The notes below the pieces were generated by a model. It had not been told where the DNA came from. It made no database searches and saw only the letters and a list, made by a program, of their open reading frames with translations. A stretch of DNA of 64,000 nucleotides from an uncultured Micavibrio sp. Its GTDB lineage: Bacteria; Pseudomonadota; Alphaproteobacteria; Micavibrionales; UBA2020. Each line of letters begins with the position of its first letter. Positions within the stretch are counted from its first letter, which is position 1. Where the stretch lies: contig CAZHOE010000003.1 of NCBI GenBank assembly GCA_964534445.1, positions 469,563 to 533,562 of the forward strand, in the 5' to 3' direction. Shown piece by piece: positions 10,158-18,624 of this stretch. Both the position numbers and the translations under genes were made by a program.

Positions 10158-11494
10158 TGTCCGAGCAAAACGCAGAAACAGAAGTACCGCATACGGGCGG
10201 CGACGGCCTTGCCGCAAGGCAGGTCGCTTTTGCGGTTTTGAACGATATCTTTTTTCAGCGCAAATCACTCGACGAAGCTTATGCCCGTAGCGCGGCGGGT
10301 TTCGAGGCGCTTGCAAGCCGTGACCGCGGTTTTGTGCGCCTGCTGGTCGCCACAGTTTTAAAACGCGCCGCAGAAATGGATGAAGCGCTGGCAGGTTTGC
10401 TGCGCGATCCGCTATCGCGCCTGAAGCCGCAGCAATTACTCAACGTGTTTCGCCTCGGCATGGCGCAAATCGTTTTCTTGCAAACGCCGCCGCATGCGGC
10501 GGTGAACACGACGGTGGATCTGTGCGCGGCCGAAGACATGGCGCATCAAAAGCCGCTGGTCAATGCCATCATGCGCCGGATTGCGCAGGAGGGGATACCG
10601 AAGCACGATGACCGCGATGCCGGCAGGATGAATACGCCCGAATGGCTCTGGGCGCAATGGATGCAGGATTACGGTGTGGAGACGGCGCTGGATATCGCCG
10701 CCGCGCATTTGACGGAGGCTCCGGTTGATTTTACGCCCCGTACAAACCCGCAGCAATGGGCGGAGCGCCTGAGTGCGATGCTGCTGCCTTCAGGCTCCTT
10801 GCGTTTGAAAAGCGCGGGCTTCGTGCCGGGGCTGGCAGGGTTTGAAGAGGGCGCATGGTGGGTGCAAAATGCCGCCGCCGCCATGCCTGTCAAATTCTTG
10901 GGAGATGTGCGCGATAAAACAGTCGTGGATCTGTGCGCTGCACCGGGCGGTAAAACCGCACAGCTGGCAGTGGGGGGCGCAAAGGTGATCGCGCTCGACC
11001 GCTCTGCCCAGCGCATGACGCGCTTGCAGGAGAATATTGATCGCCTCACACTGGAACATGTGACGACGGTGGTTGCCGATGGCGCTGTCTGGCAGCCGCC
11101 CGAACTTGTCGATGCCGTCTTGCTGGATGCGCCGTGCAGTGCGACCGGGACGATCCGCCATCAGCCGGATGTTTTGTATCTGAAGGATATCCGCGATCAG
11201 GAAAAACTCGTCGCTTTGCAACGGCGCCTTTTGAAAAACGCGGCAGATATGTTGAAGCCCGGCGGCGTGCTGCTGTACTGCACCTGCTCCATCCAAAAAG
11301 CGGAAGGGGAAGCGCAAACCGACTTGGTGCTCGCGGAAGGCCTGCCGCTGCGGCTCGACCCTATCCGTCCCGGCGGAGTTGCGGGGATCAACCCCATGCT
11401 TACCGCCCGCGGCGAATTCCGCGCCCTGCCGCACCACTGGGCGGAATACGGCGGTATTGATGGTTTTTATGCAGTGCGGTTTGTGAAGGTTTAA
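10157..11494 (+). CDS. rsmB: 16S rRNA (cytosine967-C5)-methyltransferase RsmB/Sun
   Basis: N-terminal NusB-like region plus a C-terminal m5C MTase (DLCAAPGGKT, DAPCSATGTIRHQPD, YCTCS). Confidence 0.85.
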   Translation: MSEQNAETEVPHTGGDGLAARQVAFAVLNDIFFQRKSLDEAYARSAAGFEALASRDRGFVRLLVATVLKRAAEMDEALAGLLRDPLSRLKPQQLLNVFRLGMAQIVFLQTPPHAAVNTTVDLCAAEDMAHQKPLVNAIMRRIAQEGIPKHDDRDAGRMNTPEWLWAQWMQDYGVETALDIAAAHLTEAPVDFTPRTNPQQWAERLSAMLLPSGSLRLKSAGFVPGLAGFEEGAWWVQNAAAAMPVKFLGDVRDKTVVDLCAAPGGKTAQLAVGGAKVIALDRSAQRMTRLQENIDRLTLEHVTTVVADGAVWQPPELVDAVLLDAPCSATGTIRHQPDVLYLKDIRDQEKLVALQRRLLKNAADMLKPGGVLLYCTCSIQKAEGEAQTDLVLAEGLPLRLDPIRPGGVAGINPMLTARGEFRALPHHWAEYGGIDGFYAVRFVKV

Positions 11495-11670
11495 GCAGTG
11501 TTTTTGCAGGCTCTGGAAAATGAAAGCAGCAGGACATGACTGTCCGCAGATACACGCGAAGTGAATCACCGCTGCTCTTTTTGCAAACCTGATTCCATAT
11601 TTCCCGACTTTTTTACCAGAGTCTGTATTTCCGCGTTGCCCGATTCGCGGCGAGTTGGTATAAAAGATTT

Positions 11671-12321
11671 ATGAGTCAACGGGTTCGCATAGCTCCTTCC
11701 ATTCTCTCCGCAGATTTCTCGAAACTTGGCGCTGAAGTTCAGGCCATCGACGAGGCGGGGGCAGATTACATACATCTTGATGTGATGGATGGACATTACG
11801 TGCCAAATATCACTTTTGGCCCTGCAATTGTTGAATCCATCCGCCATGTGACCAAGAAAACTTTTGACGTGCATCTCATGATCGCACCGGTCGATCCGTT
11901 TATCGAAGGTTTTGCCAAGGCCGGCGCCGATATTATTACCTTCCACCCCGAAGCGGGCGCGCATCCGCACCGCACGGTTCAGTTGATCAAATCTTATGGC
12001 AAGAAAGCAGGGCTGTCGCTCAACCCTGCAACGCCGGTCAATGTGCTGGACCATTTGATCGATGATCTCGACCTTATTCTGGTCATGACCGTCAATCCGG
12101 GGTTCGGGGGACAAAAATTTATACCGCTGCTCGACAAGATCGCCGAGGTTCGCCGCCGCATTGATGCGACAGGGCGTGACATCGACCTTCAAATCGACGG
12201 CGGCGTCAATGCCGAAACCGCAAAGCAAGTGATTGCCGCGGGTGCCAACGTACTCGTGGCGGGGACGGCCGTTTTCAAAGAAAAAGACTACAAGGAGGCC
12301 ATCGCCCGTTTGCGCGGGTAA
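11671..12321 (+). CDS. rpe: ribulose-phosphate 3-epimerase
   Basis: [38 protein letters not shown] and DGGVN motifs. Confidence 0.95.
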   Translation: MSQRVRIAPSILSADFSKLGAEVQAIDEAGADYIHLDVMDGHYVPNITFGPAIVESIRHVTKKTFDVHLMIAPVDPFIEGFAKAGADIITFHPEAGAHPHRTVQLIKSYGKKAGLSLNPATPVNVLDHLIDDLDLILVMTVNPGFGGQKFIPLLDKIAEVRRRIDATGRDIDLQIDGGVNAETAKQVIAAGANVLVAGTAVFKEKDYKEAIARLRG

Positions 12322-12398
12322 AGCTTCCGGTGTGTCGGTGGTGATAACTGGGGTTTGTGCGCCGAAGGGGTTCGGCGTTCAACGATTGGGCCCGATTC

Positions 12399-14075
12399 AT
12401 GTCGGGTTTGGGGATTTGGGGAATGTTGCTGACAGAGCAGAGTCTCATCTATCGCGGAATCCGCCCGCTGCAAAAGCTGGGCGATCTAACGCGCCTTGGC
12501 GGTCTCAATCCCTTTGCGGGGATGGCGATGTCGCAGCGCGTGCCGGACAGGTTGCGCGTGGTACCGCCCGATCCGTGGGCGGGGGATGCACAGCGTGGAC
12601 GCGATATGATTGCAGGCTCCTTCCGCTTTGCGGGGCAGAGCATCGAGCGTGAGCATTTGTCATGGACACCGGCGCCGGCCAAGCCCGAATGGCTGGCCGA
12701 ATTGCACGGTTTTGAATGGCTGCGCGATCTGCGCTCCGTCGGCGGTGACCGCGCGCGCCGCATGGCGCGTGAAATGGTTACGTATTGGATGGAGCATCAC
12801 GAAAAACGCCCCAATACCGGCCTGCCGTGGCGTGCCGATGTAACGGGCGTGCGCCTTGCGGCCTGGATTTCTTTTCATGATTTCTTCTGTGCCTCGGCCG
12901 ATGATGATTTCCGTCATGCCTGGTTTGCCAGCCTTTTGAAACAGGCGCGGCAATTGGCGCGCAGTCTGCCCGGCAATCTGTCGGGTATTCCGCTGATGCG
13001 TGCGCTAAAGGGGCTTGCCTATTCCGGCCTTGCGCTGGATGACGGCGAAGAGCGTCTGGAGCAGGCTTTTCGTATGATCCTGCGCGAAATCAAAATGCAG
13101 GTGCTGCCCGATGGCGGCCATATCTCGCGTAGCCCGCAGGCAACGTTTGAGTTCTTGCAATGTCTGGTCGATCTGCGCACGGCGCTGTCTGCCGCACGTC
13201 TGGATATGCCCGAAGAATTGCAGCATGCGATTGACCGTCTGGCGCCGGCCGTCAAATTCTTCCGCCATGGTGATGGCGCATTCTGCCAGTTCAACGGCGG
13301 GCAAGAAGGCAATCCTTATATCTGCGATGCCACGCTGATGCATTCCGGCGCGCGCGGCCGTGCGATGAAATCGCTGCCGCATGCGGGATATGAGAAAATC
13401 CAGCAGGGCCGCGCTTCGCTGATCATGGATGTCGGCCTGCCGGGCTTGCCGAAATTCAGCACGCGCGCACATGCGGGCTTGCTCAGCTTTGAATACGGTT
13501 TTGGCAAAGACCGCGTGATTGTGAATTGCGGATCGTCGGCGATTGACGGACGCTGGCGCGATTTGCTGCGCGCCACGGCTGCACATTCCGCGCTGGTTTT
13601 GGATAACCGTAACGTCTTGCAGTTTGACGATAACGGTCAGTTGACGACGCGCCCCGAAGTTACCGCAACACGCTACGAAGACAATGAAATTGCGCGGATC
13701 GATGCCGCGCATACGGGTTATGTGCCGCGTTACGGCATGACGCATCAGCGCAGTGTGCAGATGATGGATAACGGCGAAGTGCTGTGCGGCACCGATGTGC
13801 TGGGCGGCAAGGCAGGTGTGCATTTTGCGCTGCGTTTCCACCTGCATCCCTTCATTCAGGCATCGCTTATTCAGGACGGATCGGAAGTATTGCTGCGGGC
13901 GCGCAGCGGTATCGGCTGGCGTTTCAGCGCCATCGGCGCCGCCGTCGCGATCGACGACAGCGTTTATGCGGGCGAAGGCGAAACGCCGCGCCGTGCCTTG
14001 CAATTGGTGCTGACGGGCGCAACAACAGCGCCCGAAACGGCGATCCAGTGGCAGTTACGCCGCGAAAAAATCTGA
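12399..14075 (+). CDS. heparinase II/III-like family protein
   Basis: About 560 aa. N-terminal DPWAGDAQRGRDMIAGSFRFAGQ and central HAHAGLLSFE blocks are typical of the alphaproteobacterial heparinase II/III-like protein found next to rpe. First ATG used; the GTG at 12357 is possible. Confidence 0.65.
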   Translation: MSGLGIWGMLLTEQSLIYRGIRPLQKLGDLTRLGGLNPFAGMAMSQRVPDRLRVVPPDPWAGDAQRGRDMIAGSFRFAGQSIEREHLSWTPAPAKPEWLAELHGFEWLRDLRSVGGDRARRMAREMVTYWMEHHEKRPNTGLPWRADVTGVRLAAWISFHDFFCASADDDFRHAWFASLLKQARQLARSLPGNLSGIPLMRALKGLAYSGLALDDGEERLEQAFRMILREIKMQVLPDGGHISRSPQATFEFLQCLVDLRTALSAARLDMPEELQHAIDRLAPAVKFFRHGDGAFCQFNGGQEGNPYICDATLMHSGARGRAMKSLPHAGYEKIQQGRASLIMDVGLPGLPKFSTRAHAGLLSFEYGFGKDRVIVNCGSSAIDGRWRDLLRATAAHSALVLDNRNVLQFDDNGQLTTRPEVTATRYEDNEIARIDAAHTGYVPRYGMTHQRSVQMMDNGEVLCGTDVLGGKAGVHFALRFHLHPFIQASLIQDGSEVLLRARSGIGWRFSAIGAAVAIDDSVYAGEGETPRRALQLVLTGATTAPETAIQWQLRREKI

Positions 14076-14260
14076 TTTTTCTATTTTAAATCAATATCTT
14101 GATATTTAATCGCCTGTCGGCGCTAAGTTTGTTATGATGCGGCCATGGGGCGTTTTTTAAAATGTACGGCTGTATGTTTTGAAACACTGGCGTGACCGCC
14201 CGGCATGACGTCTTGATCGCGCGTGTCCGCGCTGAAAGAACAAACGGATAAACGATAAAA

Positions 14261-14974
14261 ATGACCGATAAAAAACCACCCAAGCCCCCCGGTAAAGGCG
14301 GCACCAATCCCAGAGGTTTGCAAAAAAAAGTGCGCGTCAAAACGCGCGCCAAGCGCAGCATTTCTTCCGCGCGCTGGCTGGAGCGTCAGCTGAATGATCC
14401 TTATGTCGCGGCGGCAAAATCGGAAGGCTACCACAGCCGCGCCGCCTATAAGCTTTTGGAAATAAATGCGGAGCTGGATATCTTCAAGCCCGGCATGAAA
14501 GTGGTCGATCTGGGCGCGGCGCCCGGCGGTTGGACACAAGTTGTCTGCGACATCGTTAAACCTGGCGAGAACGGCGGCAAGGTGGTGGCCATCGATTATC
14601 TTGAAATGAAGCCGGTGTCGGAAGCTGAATTTTTCCAGATGGATTTTACCGATGATGAAGCGCCGGATGTATTGAAAAATGCCATCGGCGGTAAAGCGCA
14701 TGTGGTGATGAGCGATATGGCGCCGCCGACAATGGGACACAAACAGACGGATCACATCCGGATTATGGCATTGGCGGAACTCGCCTATGATTTTGCCAAG
14801 GATATTTTGCTGCCGGAGGGTGTGTTTCTGGCCAAGGTTTTTCAAGGCGGGGCGGAGCGTGATTTCCTTAACCTCCTGAAAAAGGACTTTCAGAAGGTCA
14901 AACACATCAAACCGCCCGCCAGTCGTTCGGATTCATCCGAAATGTATGTTGTCGCGCTGGGTTTCCGCGGATAA
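14261..14974 (+). CDS. rlmE: 23S rRNA (uridine2552-2'-O)-methyltransferase RlmE/FtsJ
   Basis: RSAYKLLEIN, VVDLGAAPGGWTQV, DMAP and KPPASR motifs. Confidence 0.9.
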   Translation: MTDKKPPKPPGKGGTNPRGLQKKVRVKTRAKRSISSARWLERQLNDPYVAAAKSEGYHSRAAYKLLEINAELDIFKPGMKVVDLGAAPGGWTQVVCDIVKPGENGGKVVAIDYLEMKPVSEAEFFQMDFTDDEAPDVLKNAIGGKAHVVMSDMAPPTMGHKQTDHIRIMALAELAYDFAKDILLPEGVFLAKVFQGGAERDFLNLLKKDFQKVKHIKPPASRSDSSEMYVVALGFRG

Positions 14975-15012
14975 AATTACGCCATAGACGGTTTTTAAAC
15001 AGGGGATGCGAT

Positions 15013-16395
15013 ATGAAAAGAAACGGTGTGATGCGCGAGACGTTCAATTTTGAAGACGTCCTGTTGGTACCGGCCGAAAGCAACGTGAAGCCGCAGGATG
15101 TTAATACCAAAACGCGCCTGACTCGCGACATCGAATTATCCATTCCGCTCCTCTCCGCCGGTCTTGATTACGTGACGGAAAGCAAAATGGCGATTGCGCT
15201 GGCGCAGCTTGGCGGGATCGGTGTTATTCACGACAACATGCCGCTCGGCAAACAGGTGGAAGAAGTCCGCCGCGTCAAACGCGCCGAAAGCCAGATGGTC
15301 ATGAACCCGATTACGATTGCACCGGATTCCAGTATTGCGGAAGCCATTGACCTGATGACGACGTACCGCATCTCCGGCCTGCCGGTGGTGGAAGGCGGAT
15401 CACAAAAGGTCGTCGGTATTATCACGAACCGCGACGTGCGTTTTTTTGAAGACTTCGCCAAACCCGTCAGCGAACTGATGACAGCAAAAGTGGTTACGGT
15501 TCAGCGCGGGATTGATAATACCGAAGCCAAGCGCCTGATGCATGAAAACCGTATCGAAAAACTGGTTGTGCTGGACGAACAAGGCCGCTGCGTTGGCCTG
15601 ATTACGGTGAAGGACATTGAAAAACTGTCGCGCTATACCAATGCAACGCGCGATACGTTTGGCCGCCTGCGTGTGGGCGCGGCTGTCAGTCTGGGTAAGG
15701 AAGCCGTCGATCGCGCCAGTGCGATGACGGATGCCGGTCTGGATGTGGTTTTTGTCGATGCGGCGCACGGTCACATGCGTGATGTGCTGACAACCGTCAG
15801 CATGATCCGCCAGCAGCGTACCAGCGAGGTACAGGTTGTGGCAGGGAATGTTGTGACGGCCGATGGCGCGCGCAGCTTGGTTGATGCAGGTGCGGATGCG
15901 ATCAAAGTGGGGATCGGCGCCGGCCGCTATGCGGCCAGCCGCAACTTCGCAGGCGTGGGTATGCCGCAGCTGACCGCCGTGCTCGATGTGGTGGAACAGT
16001 GCGAGATGATGAATGTACCGGTGATTGTGGACGGCGGTATCCTGCGTCCGGCAGATTTTGCCAAGGCGCTTGCCGCCGGCGCGGAAAGCGTCATGATTGC
16101 GGATATTTTTGCAGGCACAGACGAAGCGCCCGGTCAGATTGTGTATCAGGATACGCAGGCCTATAAAGTCGTCAATCCTGATGCCAAGGCGCAACACCGT
16201 CCACAGGCAGCGTCTTTTGTTGCCGATGCATTGCGTTTGGATGAAGATACCGTCGATACCTCTGTTCCCTATCGCGGCTCTGTCGCGCATATCGTGGGCC
16301 AGATGGTCACGGGGCTGCGCACCGCGATGGCTTATACCGGCTGCAAGGATATTGCCGCCTTCCGCGAAACGGCAGAACTGGTGCGCGCGAAGTAA
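15013..16395 (+). CDS. IMP dehydrogenase homolog lacking the catalytic Cys loop (probable pseudoenzyme)
   Basis: FEDVLLVPA, a CBS pair and RLRVGAAV blocks are intact. The active-site loop reads GIGAGRYAASRNFAGVGMPQ where IMPDH has GIGPGSICTTR, and the flap (GMGS) and C-terminal segment are replaced or absent. SD agggga lies 6 nt upstream. Confidence 0.85.
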   Translation: MKRNGVMRETFNFEDVLLVPAESNVKPQDVNTKTRLTRDIELSIPLLSAGLDYVTESKMAIALAQLGGIGVIHDNMPLGKQVEEVRRVKRAESQMVMNPITIAPDSSIAEAIDLMTTYRISGLPVVEGGSQKVVGIITNRDVRFFEDFAKPVSELMTAKVVTVQRGIDNTEAKRLMHENRIEKLVVLDEQGRCVGLITVKDIEKLSRYTNATRDTFGRLRVGAAVSLGKEAVDRASAMTDAGLDVVFVDAAHGHMRDVLTTVSMIRQQRTSEVQVVAGNVVTADGARSLVDAGADAIKVGIGAGRYAASRNFAGVGMPQLTAVLDVVEQCEMMNVPVIVDGGILRPADFAKALAAGAESVMIADIFAGTDEAPGQIVYQDTQAYKVVNPDAKAQHRPQAASFVADALRLDEDTVDTSVPYRGSVAHIVGQMVTGLRTAMAYTGCKDIAAFRETAELVRAK

Positions 16396-16428
16396 TAACA
16401 AAACAAATATAGATAAGGTGGTAAGCAT

Positions 16429-17751
16429 ATGACTCCGGCTGCACGCATACAGGCGGCGATAGAACTTTTGACAGAGGTGGAGGCAACGCCGCGCCCTGCC
16501 GATACATTGGCCAGTCTCTATTTCCGCAACCGCCGTTTTATCGGCTCAAAAGACCGCGCTGCGATCAATACGCGGTTTTACCGCATCATGCGCGAATATT
16601 TTCGTCTGGGCTGGTGGGTGCGTCAATCCGGCTTGCCGCCAACGCCACGCCATCTGGTGATTGCCGCGCTGGTTTTGGACAAGGAACATAGCGCCGCGTC
16701 TTTGCTGAATATTTTTTCCGGTGAAAAATTCGCACCGTCCGAGCTGACCGCCGATGAGAAAAAACTCGCCGCCGCGCTGGAAGGGCACAGGCTGGATCAT
16801 GCCGATATGCCCTTGCAAGAACGCATGGAGTGTCCAGACTGGGCGTATGAACCGCTCAAGAAAGCGCTGGGTGACCGGTTTGAAGATGAAATGAAAGTCA
16901 TGCTCGGCACCGCGCCCATGGATTTGCGCGTGAACCCGATCAAGGCAACGCGCGACGAAGTATTCAAGCAATTGCAAGATGACGGCTTTAATGTCGAGCT
17001 AGGCAAGATTTCCCCCTACAGCATCCGCGTTTTTGATCGCCCGTCGATCACGCAGCATCCGCTGTATCAGGAAGGTCATATCGAAATTCAGGACGAAGGC
17101 TCGCAAATGGTCGCGCTGGTGGCCGATGCCAAACCGGGCGAGCAGGTGGTTGATTTTTGCGCAGGAGCGGGTGGTAAAACGCTCGCGCTGGGCGCCGCCA
17201 TGCAAAACAAGGGACGTATCATCGCAATGGACGTGCTCGGGGGCCGCCTCAACCGCGCGAAAGAACGCTTTCGCCGTGCGGGTCTGCACAACATCGAAAC
17301 CCGCGAACTGACCAGCGAGCGGGACAAGTACGTGAAGCGCCATCCCGGCAAATTTGATCTGGTATTGGTCGATGTGCCTTGCACAGGTGTCGGCACATGG
17401 CGGCGCGATCCCGATAAACGCTGGCGACAACTGGGGCCGGGGCTTTCCGGGCTGGTGCCGCTTCAACGCAGCATTCTTGAAAGCTGCTACCGCATGGTCA
17501 AGCCCGGCGGACGTCTGGTTTATGCGACCTGTTCCTTGCTGCCGGATGAGAACGAAGACCAGATCGCAGCCTTTGTACGCGATTATCCCGAGTTTTCTGT
17601 ACGTCCGGTACGTGAATTTCTGGATATGCCGGGGGCGGATCAATATTTGAAAATGACGCCCGCACAGCATGATACGGATGGTTTCTTTGCCGCCGTGATG
17701 GTCCGCAGCAAAGATGCCGTCATCGGCAAGCCCAAAGAAGAGGCGGAATGA
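16429..17751 (+). CDS. RsmB/NOP-family class I SAM-dependent RNA m5C methyltransferase
   Basis: DFCAGAGGKT, DVPCTGVGTWRRDPD and YATCS motifs. Confidence 0.8.
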   Translation: MTPAARIQAAIELLTEVEATPRPADTLASLYFRNRRFIGSKDRAAINTRFYRIMREYFRLGWWVRQSGLPPTPRHLVIAALVLDKEHSAASLLNIFSGEKFAPSELTADEKKLAAALEGHRLDHADMPLQERMECPDWAYEPLKKALGDRFEDEMKVMLGTAPMDLRVNPIKATRDEVFKQLQDDGFNVELGKISPYSIRVFDRPSITQHPLYQEGHIEIQDEGSQMVALVADAKPGEQVVDFCAGAGGKTLALGAAMQNKGRIIAMDVLGGRLNRAKERFRRAGLHNIETRELTSERDKYVKRHPGKFDLVLVDVPCTGVGTWRRDPDKRWRQLGPGLSGLVPLQRSILESCYRMVKPGGRLVYATCSLLPDENEDQIAAFVRDYPEFSVRPVREFLDMPGADQYLKMTPAQHDTDGFFAAVMVRSKDAVIGKPKEEAE

Positions 17752-18620
17752 CGCGGCACGAGACAGATAATCTTTCCCACGCGGCGCGGCTCGCCGGTCA
17801 TGTGCCAGCGCTGTTGTTGCAAGCCGAAAAAATCGCGCATACGGTCATGCGCGGTGTGCACGGCCGCCGCCGTGTCGGGCAGGGGGAAACCTTCTGGCAG
17901 TTTCGCGATTACCAGCCGGGGGATTCCAGCCGTGACATCGACTGGCGCCAGACTGCAAAGCGCGAAGATGCTTTTGTACGCCAGCTGGAATGGGAAGCCT
18001 CGCAAACCGTCTGGCTGTACCGTGACGGGACGGAATCCATGCATTACCGCTCCTCCCCGAAATTGCCGTATAAAAAAGATTATGCGGAGGTTCTGCTGCT
18101 CGCCCTTGCCATGCTGATACTGGACGGCGGGGAGCAAGTGGGGTTGCTGGGCACAGACATCGCACCGCAGGCGCATGCCGGCGCGGTCGAGCGCCTCTAT
18201 CAGCATCTCCCCATGCAAAAGGAAATGGTTGAATACGGCCGCCCTGTCGCCGGCAAGTCGCAAATGATCTTGATCAGCGATTTTATGATGCCTGTTGAAA
18301 GCGTCACGGCATTTATCGCCCCAATGGCCAGCAAGCATGTCGGCGGTATTTTGCTGCAGGTTTGTGATCCGGCCGAAGAAGAATTACCGTTTGAAGGGCG
18401 CATGCGTTTTCATGATATCGAAGATATGTCGGTGGCTCCGCTGAACATCCCGCAGGTCGAGGCGATCCGCGAAGCCTATCACGAAAAATTCCGCGCCCAT
18501 CGTGCGACGCTCGAAAAAGCCGCCGCCGCGGTCGGCTGGCAGTTCTTTGCCGTCCGCACCGATGAAAAACCGGAAGCGGCGCTGACGCGTCTTTACCATC
18601 TGATGTCGGCAAAGGGATAG
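17748..18620 (+). CDS. DUF58 domain protein (Bat/MoxR-operon type)
   Basis: FWQFRDYQPGDSSRDIDWRQTAK is the DUF58 signature. ATGA overlap with the upstream methyltransferase gene. Confidence 0.8.
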   Translation: MTRHETDNLSHAARLAGHVPALLLQAEKIAHTVMRGVHGRRRVGQGETFWQFRDYQPGDSSRDIDWRQTAKREDAFVRQLEWEASQTVWLYRDGTESMHYRSSPKLPYKKDYAEVLLLALAMLILDGGEQVGLLGTDIAPQAHAGAVERLYQHLPMQKEMVEYGRPVAGKSQMILISDFMMPVESVTAFIAPMASKHVGGILLQVCDPAEEELPFEGRMRFHDIEDMSVAPLNIPQVEAIREAYHEKFRAHRATLEKAAAAVGWQFFAVRTDEKPEAALTRLYHLMSAKG

Positions 18621-18624
18621 GGGC

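Noticed and set aside
14093-14106. AATATC-TT-GATATT palindrome just after the heparinase-like gene stop
   Set aside because: It is a short 6-bp-arm palindrome in AT-rich DNA, easily a chance occurrence or part of a weak terminator or promoter. There is no supporting context.
15400-16428. 342-aa minus-strand ORF antisense to the IMPDH-like gene
   Set aside because: Antisense shadow ORF. The sense strand carries clear IMPDH/CBS blocks.
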